Positions 10,886 through 20,360 of a DNA stretch of 64,000 nt are shown here, one piece after another. The DNA is taken from the NCBI GenBank assembly GCA_963681965.1, contig OY820579.1, positions 2,560,001 to 2,624,000 on the forward strand, read 5' to 3'. Source of the stretch: a bacterium. GTDB taxonomy: Bacteria > Electryoneota > JAOADG01. The position numbers and the translations under genes were made by a program. Positions within the stretch are counted from its first letter, which is position 1. Every line of letters begins with the position of its first letter. Under the pieces are notes generated by a model. That model was given only the letters and a program-made list of their open reading frames with translations. It did not search any database and was not told the DNA's origin.

Positions 10886-13841
10886 GTTTCGGACTAAGGC
10901 AAGAGCAGTTGACATGCTTGGTCGACAACAAATCGCAGATGCGTCTACTGCCATTAGTGAACTCTTTAAAAACGCACATGATGCGTATGCTGATAATGTA
11001 GAAGTCGATTTTTTTAGATCAGACCTTCTTTTGGTGATTCGAGATGATGGAATCGGTATGTCTTTCAAGGAGTTCGAATCAAATTGGTTAGTTTTGGGAA
11101 CGGATAGCAAAGTTAAGTCTGTATTAGGAGAGCAGTTGTATTCTCCGCAAGACAAGCCTTTGCGTGCGGTAATGGGTGAGAAAGGTATTGGACGTCTCGC
11201 AATAGCCTTCCTAGGGCGTCAGGTAATGGTGTTGACACGATCAGAAAAAATAGGCGAAAGCAATGACATCACTATGTGTTACGTTCACTGGGGATTATTT
11301 GAGCAACCGTCCTTGAATCTTGACGACGTCGAAATCCCTATTAGACGTATTTCTGGTGGTGAAAATGTTTCACATAATGATGTTGCCGAATTGCTCCGGG
11401 AAAATGTTGAATGCATTGTGCGACTTCAAGCAAAATTTCCACAGTGCACATTTAACGCGATATTAAATGACATTTCTGATTTTCAAGTAGACCCACAAAA
11501 CTTCGAGAAAACTGTTGGAGGACTTTCTCTTTCTAACGGAAAAAGCGGTACTCATTTTTACGTAGCTCCAGCATCAGAAACAATCCTTGCTGATATCCAA
11601 ACTGAGAAAAAATCAGAATCGAAAGAATTCAGTAAGTGCTTACTTGGCTTCTGCAATTCTACCTTTTCTGTTGACAGTTCCCCCCCGATAAAAACCGCTT
11701 TCAGATTCTGGTCAACTGACAGTTCTTTTGAAGACTTGATCGGAGAAGGTGAGTTTTTTACAAAAAATGATCTAAAGCAGTCCGACCAATTCGTTAGCGG
11801 TAATGTTGATGAATATGGACAGTTCAGAGGTACTGTAAGGGTTTACAAACAAGATTACAATAACCACATCATTTCGTGGAAAGATGGAGGTGGAAAACCG
11901 ACAGCATGTGGTCCTTTTGGTATAGAATTCGGGTATCTACAAGGAAATCAACGTGAAAGTATGTCTGATCCATCAGATTTTGTACTACTTAACAAAAAGC
12001 TAAACAATATCGGTGGTCTTTATGTATATCGTGATCGAATTCGCATTCTTCCCTATGGTAATTCAGACGTCGATTGGTTGAATATCGAAGAGAGACGAAA
12101 CAAAGGCTTTGGTTACTACTTTTTCTCATACAGACGAATCTATGGCGGCGTGAGCCTTACCAGGCAAATGAATGGCGATTTGCGTGAAAAAGCTGGTCGT
12201 GAAGGCTTCCAGAAGGATAAAGCCTATCGACACTTAAAGAGTGTTCTAGAAAACATATTTCTACAACTAGCTGCTGATTTCTTTCGCAAGGAAGCACCGT
12301 TAGGTGGTCACTTTAAGGATCACAAAGATGAATTGGATAGAGTAGAAAGAGCCCGTCGAAAACGTGAACAACAAACGGCAACAAAACGTAGCAAACTTAC
12401 TGAAGCGCTTAATGCATTTTTCTCCAAAACAAGTCAGGGAGTACCCGAGTTAGAAATTGCTTCACTAAGGCAACACATACAAGCCAGAATGCAACTCGCA
12501 TCTAAAATGACAGATGCCGACAATGCTTCGCGTGAATTACTAGATGCAGAACTCGAGGCCAACCGCAGGCTTTCAGATTTGCGAACTAAATACAACATTG
12601 TTCGTCCTCGCGGGGTTGGTTTAACTAAACAGCTGGACAGAGATTGGGAAGCATTTCTGCGCGAGTTAACTAGACTTGAGACTGAAGTTTTCGCCCCATT
12701 CGCTTCGACGATTGCTGAGTCTTTGGGTTCCATGGCTGCGCAAGCTAAAATTTATATCGACCAACGTCGACGAATGCAGGATCTAATCCATCGTCTAGCA
12801 GACGAACAGAATTCGATTATGCGAACCGAAGCAAATGCACTTCAGCAGACAACAGGTCAAACGCGCCGTGCAGCAATCAATACAGCACGATCGGCATTGA
12901 AGGAGCTTCGAGATGCAATCGAAGCTGTCAACGAAGACCTCGCACACAGGGATTTAAGCGATTTACCACCTCATCAGATTGAAGAAATTCGAGCAAACTA
13001 CGAGCAACGTATTAACACAGTTTCCACTAAAAACGCTGAGACCATGGGAAGTGTTCGTGAGTTACTGGTTGGAATTACTGAAAGTCTCGAACAAAAAAAC
13101 GACGTCAGTCAATTGGATATGGCAGAAGCAATGGAAACAGAGCTTCAGTCACTTCGTGAACAAGTTGATACCGACGAAGAATTAGTACAGTTAGGGCTTG
13201 CTGTAGCAGTAATTAATCATGAATTCGTCGCAGCAATCAAAATGATCAGGAGTCAACTACGTGAGCTTAGAGCTTGGGCGCAAGCAAACGACGGACTACT
13301 TCCGATCTACAGTGAGATCCGGACTAATTTTGATCACCTGGATGCCCATCTAAATCTGTTCACTCCTCTTCAACGACGTCTTTATCGGCAACGCATTGAC
13401 ATTCAAGGTAGCGAAATCGTTCATTATGTTCATGCACTTTTTAGTGTACGGCTAGATCGACATAAAATTTCACTTAGTGCCACTCAAGCGTTTCAGGACA
13501 GCAGGATACATAGTTATCCTTCAACGATCTATCCAGTATTTGTAAACATTATCGATAACTTCATTTTCTGGTTAAAGGATCAGCCTCACGAGCGTCTAAT
13601 TTTACTCGACTGCTCTAATGATGAATACCACATCGAAAACAACGGACCTTCGGTTAGCAAGCGCGACTCGGAATCGATTTTCGAACAGGGCTTTTCTCGA
13701 AAACCAGGAGGACGGGGATTGGGTCTCTATATTTCGAGAAAAGTACTACAAAAAGAGGGAATGAGCCTCGAATTGGATTCACAGCGCGATTCTAAAGTTG
13801 GTGTTAGATTCATTCTCTCTTGGAGAAAAGACAATGTGTGA
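10878..13841 (+). CDS. GHKL (MutL/MORC/Hsp90-like) ATPase fused via coiled coil to a histidine-kinase module
   Basis: ELFKNAHDA, DDGIGM, GEKGIGRLA; H-box-like VINHEF; C-terminal NIIDN, FEQGFSRKPGGRGLGL; ATG at 10878 preferred. Confidence 0.85.
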   Translation: MAKFRTKARAVDMLGRQQIADASTAISELFKNAHDAYADNVEVDFFRSDLLLVIRDDGIGMSFKEFESNWLVLGTDSKVKSVLGEQLYSPQDKPLRAVMGEKGIGRLAIAFLGRQVMVLTRSEKIGESNDITMCYVHWGLFEQPSLNLDDVEIPIRRISGGENVSHNDVAELLRENVECIVRLQAKFPQCTFNAILNDISDFQVDPQNFEKTVGGLSLSNGKSGTHFYVAPASETILADIQTEKKSESKEFSKCLLGFCNSTFSVDSSPPIKTAFRFWSTDSSFEDLIGEGEFFTKNDLKQSDQFVSGNVDEYGQFRGTVRVYKQDYNNHIISWKDGGGKPTACGPFGIEFGYLQGNQRESMSDPSDFVLLNKKLNNIGGLYVYRDRIRILPYGNSDVDWLNIEERRNKGFGYYFFSYRRIYGGVSLTRQMNGDLREKAGREGFQKDKAYRHLKSVLENIFLQLAADFFRKEAPLGGHFKDHKDELDRVERARRKREQQTATKRSKLTEALNAFFSKTSQGVPELEIASLRQHIQARMQLASKMTDADNASRELLDAELEANRRLSDLRTKYNIVRPRGVGLTKQLDRDWEAFLRELTRLETEVFAPFASTIAESLGSMAAQAKIYIDQRRRMQDLIHRLADEQNSIMRTEANALQQTTGQTRRAAINTARSALKELRDAIEAVNEDLAHRDLSDLPPHQIEEIRANYEQRINTVSTKNAETMGSVRELLVGITESLEQKNDVSQLDMAEAMETELQSLREQVDTDEELVQLGLAVAVINHEFVAAIKMIRSQLRELRAWAQANDGLLPIYSEIRTNFDHLDAHLNLFTPLQRRLYRQRIDIQGSEIVHYVHALFSVRLDRHKISLSATQAFQDSRIHSYPSTIYPVFVNIIDNFIFWLKDQPHERLILLDCSNDEYHIENNGPSVSKRDSESIFEQGFSRKPGGRGLGLYISRKVLQKEGMSLELDSQRDSKVGVRFILSWRKDNV

Positions 13842-15570
13842 ACATAATTCTCAGTTCAGTAAGTTTATTCTTGAGTCCGTTAGTAAATATCTTCAAACTG
13901 TTGTTGTCGTCGACGACCGGATTTATGAAAAAACGAGCAGTGGTTTACCAACAGGTTTAATGGCACCACCGACAAGGAGTAGAAAAGCTGCAGTAAAAAG
14001 TGCACAAACAGAAAACGATAAAAAGAGTGCACTCGCGGGTAATTTTGTAAACTCAGAAAAATCAGAAGAAGTGTCATTTCACGATGTACAAAATAGTTTC
14101 GCTAAAAAACGTATAGTTTGTTCTTTATACCAACCTCTAAAAACTGCTTCATTCGGCGAGCAATCTGATGTCTATTGTTTATGCTCAACTGCGGATGTTG
14201 TAATTGTTGACTGGGATCTTCACGGTGATATGGGTAACAAAGCTACAATTCTGGTAGGTAGCTTAATAGAACAAAGCATGAAGGAGATTCCACATCAATT
14301 ACGGCTAGTTCTAATATACACTATGGAAGCAAACCTTCAGGCGATTGCAAGCAAAATCTATGACGATCTCGTTACACGAATCAAGAAAGAATTAATCGAC
14401 GTTGATAAAAAAAACAATGGACTTGTTCTTACAACGAAAACCGCTAGAATCGTCGTGTTGGGAAAACGTGAGAACACCGCACTGAAAGAATATGCTGATT
14501 ACTGGGTTCCAGAAAAAAAATTAGCAGAAAGAACAATATTTGAATTTTCTCATCTTGCTTCTGGTTTGTTACAAGCTATTGTGCTTCGTGGTGTTGCGAA
14601 TCTTCGAGCAAACAACCGACGTATTCTAACTAGATTCCATGAAGGTCTTGATACCGCTTTTCTTGTACATCGTGCACTAATTTTACCTGAAGAGACTTTT
14701 AGTCAGATAATTCCCTTGCTGACTGACGAACTGCGGGCAGTACTTGAAGATACTTTCGGAGAAAACCTAGTCGGGACTAATCTGATTACTGAAGGAATTA
14801 TAGCTGACTGGTGTGCAATGCGTTGGAAACCTATCAGTGACGCACAAGAGTCTTTTGGAAAGAAAAGTGATGTAAATGAGTTTGCTAAAAACGTTTTCAG
14901 TAATGGGCCAATTGTCAAGGAAAGCTACACAAATCACAATTTAGGAAAATTTAGTAGCCTTGTTGACACAAAAACGGGCTCAGATGGGATTCAGCAGTGG
15001 GGAAGTGAAAAAAAATGTTATGAACTTGCGAAATTCCTAACTGCTGGCTGTGGCGGCGATTTGAGCCATTTACAATTTAGCTCCCTCATGAGCCAAAGAA
15101 TTGCTTATCGAGATTCACGGAGAACTCTACACCTTGGTGTAATTGTTAAAGAATTGAGCCAACAGGGCCGCTACCTTCTTTGCCTCCAGCCTGTATGTGA
15201 TAGTGTTAGACTCAAAGGGAAGTTAGTACCTTTTATTTTCTGTTGTTTGGAGATTCACTCAAGTGATCATCCCGTCACTCATGTGGTGATTAATCTAAAA
15301 AATGAAATCGTTCAACTTCACTATAAACCCAAAACGACTAACTGCTTTGTCACAAGTTTCACCACTAACAAAGATTCAGTACACGCTATTTCAAATGACA
15401 ATGATGACCAGATCACTTTCGAGGATAACAAAAAAATCAAGTATGAATGGATTGCCGAGTTGAAGACCGAACATGCCCAACGTGCAGCTGAAGAGTTTGG
15501 GAGTGCCTTATCTCGAGTAGGTCTAAGCGAATCTGAGTGGTTAAGATTGAAGGCAAAACTTAAAAAATGA
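13834..15570 (+). CDS. Atypical receiver-domain protein partnered with the GHKL kinase
   Basis: VVVVDD and IVDWDL receiver motifs, C-terminal LCLQPVCDSVR and SRVG; overlaps kinase stop. Confidence 0.75.
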   Translation: MCEHNSQFSKFILESVSKYLQTVVVVDDRIYEKTSSGLPTGLMAPPTRSRKAAVKSAQTENDKKSALAGNFVNSEKSEEVSFHDVQNSFAKKRIVCSLYQPLKTASFGEQSDVYCLCSTADVVIVDWDLHGDMGNKATILVGSLIEQSMKEIPHQLRLVLIYTMEANLQAIASKIYDDLVTRIKKELIDVDKKNNGLVLTTKTARIVVLGKRENTALKEYADYWVPEKKLAERTIFEFSHLASGLLQAIVLRGVANLRANNRRILTRFHEGLDTAFLVHRALILPEETFSQIIPLLTDELRAVLEDTFGENLVGTNLITEGIIADWCAMRWKPISDAQESFGKKSDVNEFAKNVFSNGPIVKESYTNHNLGKFSSLVDTKTGSDGIQQWGSEKKCYELAKFLTAGCGGDLSHLQFSSLMSQRIAYRDSRRTLHLGVIVKELSQQGRYLLCLQPVCDSVRLKGKLVPFIFCCLEIHSSDHPVTHVVINLKNEIVQLHYKPKTTNCFVTSFTTNKDSVHAISNDNDDQITFEDNKKIKYEWIAELKTEHAQRAAEEFGSALSRVGLSESEWLRLKAKLKK

Positions 15571-15818
15571 TCTTACAGTAAATCAGGTCAATATTTATCA
15601 AGTAGAGCAGAGAAACTAAGAACCTTTTCCCTAAACAATGCGCGATTGCTGAATCACTCTGTTTGTATACTCTGCAAGGATGGACGAAGAAACCTAACCC
15701 ACCCCAAGCATAATCGGGCATGAAGATATTGAAAAAGGTGGAAGAATAAACTGATTTCTTGCAATCACAAGACACTTAATATATGTTGTAACAATAACTT
15801 ACTAAAGGAGCAAACCCT

Positions 15819-16007
15819 ATGGAAGAGAAGCTTCAACTCGCGATCAATACGATTTTCGATTCTTTAATGACAGTCTGGGAAGACAACGGGAATGTAATGG
15901 CTGATGCCGTGAGAGACAGTGTTGTTACAAATCTGTCTAAGCTGACGGGAATGTCATCTGAAGAGGTCGAAGCGCAAGTTGAGTTGATGGTAAATTCAGC
16001 GCAATGA
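15819..16007 (+). CDS. Small hypothetical protein (62 aa)
   Basis: AAGGAG RBS upstream of ATG; acidic, helical-looking sequence. Confidence 0.55.
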   Translation: MEEKLQLAINTIFDSLMTVWEDNGNVMADAVRDSVVTNLSKLTGMSSEEVEAQVELMVNSAQ

Positions 16008-16112
16008 TATTTATCACTATGTTTCACCTGATTTTGTATGATGTCTGATATTGCTTTGACAGTCAGGGATTTGTTAGTGATTCCGAATGATCAGATAGTT
16101 CGGCAGATGGTC

Positions 16113-16266
16113 AGCCTGTCAGTTCCACCCATAAGCGAACAGTAAATCTTCTCAGCTATCGTAACTGTAGCCGAATCGCTTCGCGCAAAGCAACGAAGTC
16201 CGAACAGGAACTCGAAAACCATTTTTATAGAGCCTTCTGCAGAAGGCGTTTCAGGGGGAGTTGTGA
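16113..16266 (+). pseudogene. hsdS C-terminal remnant (repeat A copy 1 at 16199-16266)
   Basis: Reads SLSVPPISEQ*IFSAIVTVAESLRAKQ then, across frameshifts, SEQELEN and SLLQKAFQGEL*, paralleling the end of hsdS (31800-31865). Confidence 0.8.
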
Positions 16267-17000
16267 AACGGCTGATCGAGGATAATACTTATTTGACGAT
16301 CTCCGTACTTGAGAATGCTATCGATTCATTGGAAACTGCTGCAGCACAATTAGTGCGTTTGGATAATCTTAAATGGAAGTGGGTTGCCATTACATTACAT
16401 CACGCTTTGTACACTTTCTGCGTCGCTGCATTAACCGGAAGTAATTACGAAAATGTGTTAGGCGATGACTCAAACTGCAATTGGTGTAAAATTGGAAGTT
16501 CGGAGAAGTGGAATAGACTGTATCAAATGAAACGTCCTAAAAGTAGTGGCTATCTTATCGAATGGAAAGAAACTGACGAAGTACCGCCAGTTTTTAATGA
16601 GAAGTTGGCAGCAAGCGACAATAATAATTCCAAGAGAAGGGCAACAAATCGTAAAAAGCTCATTGGGTTTTGGACTGCCTTTGCACGAATTCAGGACGAT
16701 GTTTTCTGGATGAAGCGGTTTGTTCACTCTCGGGCAGTTGGTATTTCAAATACTGAATGGGACAACATTGAATGGCTGACCAACGAAGTCCGAAATGGTT
16801 GCGTCCACTTTATTCCAAAGTTTTTGATTATCCCGATTGTGGACATTCAGGAGGCTTGTAAAGATGTAGTTCGAATTATTGAATTCTTGGCTTTTGAGTC
16901 GAATACGATACTTTTCAATAACCATGAATCTCAAACAAAGAGAATTGCTAAAGCAATTGAGCAATTCAGTAACTACAGAGATTCCGCAGACAGCGTCTGA
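16263..17000 (+). CDS. Hypothetical protein, putative HEPN-like RNase (cargo 1)
   Basis: R-x4-H motif RNGCVH near C-terminus; GTG start and RBS supplied by repeat A; stop lies inside palindrome P1. Confidence 0.55.
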   Translation: MKRLIEDNTYLTISVLENAIDSLETAAAQLVRLDNLKWKWVAITLHHALYTFCVAALTGSNYENVLGDDSNCNWCKIGSSEKWNRLYQMKRPKSSGYLIEWKETDEVPPVFNEKLAASDNNNSKRRATNRKKLIGFWTAFARIQDDVFWMKRFVHSRAVGISNTEWDNIEWLTNEVRNGCVHFIPKFLIIPIVDIQEACKDVVRIIEFLAFESNTILFNNHESQTKRIAKAIEQFSNYRDSADSV

Positions 17001-17079
17001 GCAATTGAGGATTTGGAGATATCTGAGACAGTATCTCGGAAAATCGACTTTGTAGAAAGCGACGATAATCGATGATTGA
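16981..17079 (+). repeat. Repeat B copy 1: two 26-bp imperfect palindromes plus rhuM start
   Basis: ATTCCGCAGACAGCGTCTGAGCAATT (16981-17006), ATATCTGAGACAGTATCTCGGAAAAT (17019-17044), then GAAAGCGACGATAATCGATGATTGA. Confidence 0.85.
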
Positions 17080-18136
17080 TGAAAGTTCCAGTAGCTCCGC
17101 CCCAAAAGAATCCGAACTACTGTTTTACCAGTTGGAGGATGGTCGCACGCGGGTCGAAGTGCGTCTCGACGGGGAAACCGTCTGGCTGACTCAAGCCGCG
17201 CTTGCTGAACTATATCAAACGACCATCCCCAACATCAACATACATATTCGCAATATCTTGGACGAACGAGAGCTAGATGAATCGGCAACTATTAAGCAAT
17301 ACTTAATAGTTCGAGCAGAAGGTACTCGTCAGGTCGAGCGTCAAGTAAAGTTCTACAATTTAGAGATGATCCTTGCCGTCGGCTACCGGGTTCGATCCCC
17401 CCGTGGCACCCAGTTTCGCCGCTGGGCGACCGAGCGGTTGCGCGAGTACATCGTAAAAGGCTTTACGATGGATGATGAGCGGCTCAAGGAAGGCAAGACG
17501 CTGGGTGTCGATTACTTCGACGAGTTGTTGGAACGCATCCGCGATATCCGCGCCAGCGAGAAACGTTTTTACCAGAAAATCCGCGACCTGTTCACCCTCG
17601 CCATCGATTACGATCCGAAGTCGCTTACCACGCAGGAGTTCTTCCAAATCGTTCAGAACAAGCTACATTGGGCGGTCACCCGAATGACGGCACCGGAATT
17701 GATCGCTAGTCGCTCTGATGCTTCGAAGCCGAATATGGGGTTGACCAGTTGGAAAGGGGTAAAAGTACGCAAGGGAGATGTCACCGTTGCGAAAAATTAT
17801 CTCAATGCCGACGAAATGGGCGAGTTGAACCGCATCGTCTCACTGTACCTCGACTTCGCCGAAGACCAGACCAAACGTCGGCAGCCACTCTACATCAAGG
17901 ATTGGCGAGCAAAGCTCGATGCCTTCCTGAAATTCACCGAGCGAGAGGTTCTCGATAATCCCGGACAAGTTTCGATGGAAGTTGCACAGACGCTGGCACT
18001 GGAGCAGTACGAACAATTCCAGCAACGTCGCCTGACTGAGAAAGCATCGACAGCCTTTGCCGAGGACGCAGAGCTGGAACGCACGCAGAAACTATTGGAA
18101 TCAGGGAAAATCGGTAAAACCCGGAGGGAAAAATAA
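17072..18136 (+). CDS. RhuM/virulence-family DNA-binding protein, copy 1
   Basis: TVWLTQ, YNLEMILAVGYRVRS, FRRWAT, RIRDIRASEKRFYQK, NMGLTSW, AKNYL. Confidence 0.9.
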   Translation: MIDESSSSSAPKESELLFYQLEDGRTRVEVRLDGETVWLTQAALAELYQTTIPNINIHIRNILDERELDESATIKQYLIVRAEGTRQVERQVKFYNLEMILAVGYRVRSPRGTQFRRWATERLREYIVKGFTMDDERLKEGKTLGVDYFDELLERIRDIRASEKRFYQKIRDLFTLAIDYDPKSLTTQEFFQIVQNKLHWAVTRMTAPELIASRSDASKPNMGLTSWKGVKVRKGDVTVAKNYLNADEMGELNRIVSLYLDFAEDQTKRRQPLYIKDWRAKLDAFLKFTEREVLDNPGQVSMEVAQTLALEQYEQFQQRRLTEKASTAFAEDAELERTQKLLESGKIGKTRREK

Positions 18137-18320
18137 GGCCTTCAGTTTGCTTCCAATATTGATCGCGCTAAGTTACTCATACAGTAACCTTGCGCAACCG
18201 ACACCTGCTATAATTGAGAATTTCTCAGACGACATTCCTTCTCGAATCGCTCAACTAACACTTATTTCGCACAGTATCATTTAGTATGTTAGTGTTCAGT
18301 AATAGCGTTAGTAGGATGAC

Positions 18321-19307
18321 ATGAACAAGCTCAAAATTAATCTGGTACAGTACTTACGCGATACAATCGGTGTCGAAGTGGATCTTCGAGACTGGGAGAA
18401 GTGGCGCGGGTTTCCACAGTATCTCCGGGCTCGGTATCACTACTTTATGATGACAATGCTGGGTACGGAATGTGTCCTGGTGGTTGATACTGATGAAAAG
18501 GAACAGACTCCTGCAATCATCAATAAGCAATTCGATCAGATTCGCTCTCTTCAAAATGCCACTCTCATTTATGTACGCGAGGCTGTAAGTTCTTTTAACC
18601 GTAAGCGCTTGATCGAGCATAAAGTCCCTTTTATCATACCGGGAAACCAAATGTACCTACCGATGCTTGGTATCGACTTACGAGAACATATCCGGCAAAT
18701 ACGGGAGTCTAAACCGAAGCTTAGTCCCTCTACTCAAGCGCTCATTCTATCAATACTGTGGAAAATGGAAACTGGTACAATTACTCCGACTGAAGTTGCG
18801 ACTCGACTTGGGTACTCTTTGATGACGATGACACGCGCATTCAACGAGCTGGAGCTTGCGGGTATTGGAAAGCATACGACAATGGGAAAAAGTCGTCAAT
18901 TGAAAATTGTGGAGCAAGGAAACGAGCTGTTGAATTTAGCCATGCCCTTTCTTGGTAGTCCGATTCGGAAGCAGTGTTATGTTGCCAGCAAGGACATGAT
19001 TACTTGTGAAATCTACTTAGCTGGTGAAAGCGCACTTGCTAAATACTCGATGTTGACAGAATCAACCATACCGGTGTATGCTCTTTCGTTGGAAGACTGG
19101 AAGCAGGAAAAAGTACAGAAACAAGTAATGGAGCTTACTTATCCCGAACAGGATTGCTGCGGAATCGAGATCTGGAAGTACGCTCCTGCGTTGTTTGCGC
19201 AAAATGGTGTCGTTGACCGAGTATCACTTTATTTGTCACTCATGGATAACCACGACGCACGGGTTCAAATCGCCCAGGACCAGATGATTGGTGAGATAAC
19301 ATGGTAA
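18321..19307 (+). CDS. Winged-helix protein, type IV antitoxin-like, normally paired with a nucleotidyltransferase
   Basis: VPFIIPGNQMYLP, HTH-like PTEVATRLGYSLMTMTRAFNEL, AGESALAKYSML, IEIWKY; followed by overlapping MVKGLD start. Confidence 0.7.
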   Translation: MNKLKINLVQYLRDTIGVEVDLRDWEKWRGFPQYLRARYHYFMMTMLGTECVLVVDTDEKEQTPAIINKQFDQIRSLQNATLIYVREAVSSFNRKRLIEHKVPFIIPGNQMYLPMLGIDLREHIRQIRESKPKLSPSTQALILSILWKMETGTITPTEVATRLGYSLMTMTRAFNELELAGIGKHTTMGKSRQLKIVEQGNELLNLAMPFLGSPIRKQCYVASKDMITCEIYLAGESALAKYSMLTESTIPVYALSLEDWKQEKVQKQVMELTYPEQDCCGIEIWKYAPALFAQNGVVDRVSLYLSLMDNHDARVQIAQDQMIGEITW

Positions 19308-19464
19308 AAGGATTAGACAGAGGACACGTCAATCTTGGATATGAATTGCTTGTTATGAGTTTACTGAAACCGTGAGTACTCTGCGATGGAAATTTGCAAA
19401 ATTTGACCGAAGGCTAATCATTAATATCTCATTATGATTCATTGTGTTATGAAAAATTGCACTA

Positions 19465-19503
19465 CGATACTCTGCGATGGAAAACTCATGAAAACGGTTG
19501 CAC
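19465..19503 (+). repeat. att-like repeat (matches 22105-22143; partial copy 19377-19392)
   Basis: CGATACTCTGCGATGGAAAACTCATGAAAACGGTTGCAC, 37/39 identical to 22105-22143. Confidence 0.85.
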
Positions 19504-19557
19504 GTGGGGAAATTCTAAGCGAAACTTACCCTCCTCATGAAAAAAAGGCGAACTAAT

Positions 19558-19890
19558 TTAACAGATAGCGCATGAGCTCTTTTTTAGACTTTTCCGAAAA
19601 ACATGTTTAAGTGTTTGTAATGGCAGATGTTCGATTGTTTTGCCAGTTCGTTTTCTCGCTACACTCCTGTTAAATTTGCGAGTCACTGTAATCTTGCAAA
19701 AAAGGGATTTCTTAGCAACCCTATTCTCTTCCAAGCAAAGAGCCGTCTTAGTTAACAGAAAGCGAATGAATCTTTTTTTGACTTAGTAGAGATGTTTATT
19801 TAAGAGTTTATAATTACAGATGTTCATGTTATTTCCCATTTCATTTACTTGCATAATTCCTGTTAAATTAGCGAATTTTCACAATCTTGC
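19558..19890. repeat. Two diverged ~140-bp units (19558-19697, 19752-19890)
   Basis: Both run TTAACAGA.AGCG...GACTT...TTTAAG.GTTT.TAAT..CAGATGTTC...TCCTGTTAAATT.GCGA...AATCTTGC; each contains TTAACAG/CTGTTAA in inverted orientation. Confidence 0.75.
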
Positions 19891-19954
19891 CTTGATCGTG
19901 TAACCACGACGCACGGATTCAAATCGCCCAGGATCAGATGATTGGTGAGATAAC

Positions 19955-20030
19955 ATGGTAAAAGGATTAGACAAGTTCCGTTAGACTTTCGCGGCACACC
20001 AGCAAAACTACCTCGTCATTGGTGTGCGGC
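19955..20030 (+). pseudogene. Nucleotidyltransferase-like N-terminal remnant
   Basis: MVKGLDKFR*TFAAHQQNYLVIG with in-frame TAG at 19982-19984, then loss of similarity. Confidence 0.6.
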
Positions 20031-20303
20031 TTAACGGGAAGCGGATGAGTTCACACAAATCAACAACAAACACGAAGATCCTGCAGAAATCTACGATACC
20101 ACTTACTTGCTTGTTGCAAATGGTCTGACAATATTTCTGTCGTTAGACGATACGCAACACTCTTATGCCATTCAAACTAAAATCGATTTCAAGTGGTTTT
20201 GTGTTTGCTACCCTGTTTCAGGCAATCCAAGACCGTCCTCAGACTCACATGAGCATTGTCGCTTGCACCTAAGCACCATTGATACCTGCTGAACTAAGAA
20301 TAG

Positions 20304-20353
20304 AGTTGACTATCTGTTACCAATTACGTATAATAGGTAACACTTGGTCAACT
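20304..20353 (+). promoter_or_regulatory. Sigma70 promoter inside an 18-bp inverted-repeat operator
   Basis: TTGACT (20306-20311), 17 bp, TATAAT (20329-20334); arms AGTTGACTATCTGTTACC / GGTAACACTTGGTCAACT pair 15/18. Confidence 0.8.
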
Positions 20354-20360
20354 GAATGTC

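Larger units (their letters stand above)
19247..19973 (+). repeat. 73-bp direct repeats (19247-19319, 19901-19973) flanking a 581-bp non-coding insert
   Basis: TAACCACGACGCACGG...GGATTAGACA twice, 2 mismatches by hand alignment. Confidence 0.92.

Noticed and set aside
19320-19900. Insertion sequence
   Set aside because: No transposase ORF, no terminal inverted repeats at the insert ends, and the flanking duplication is too long
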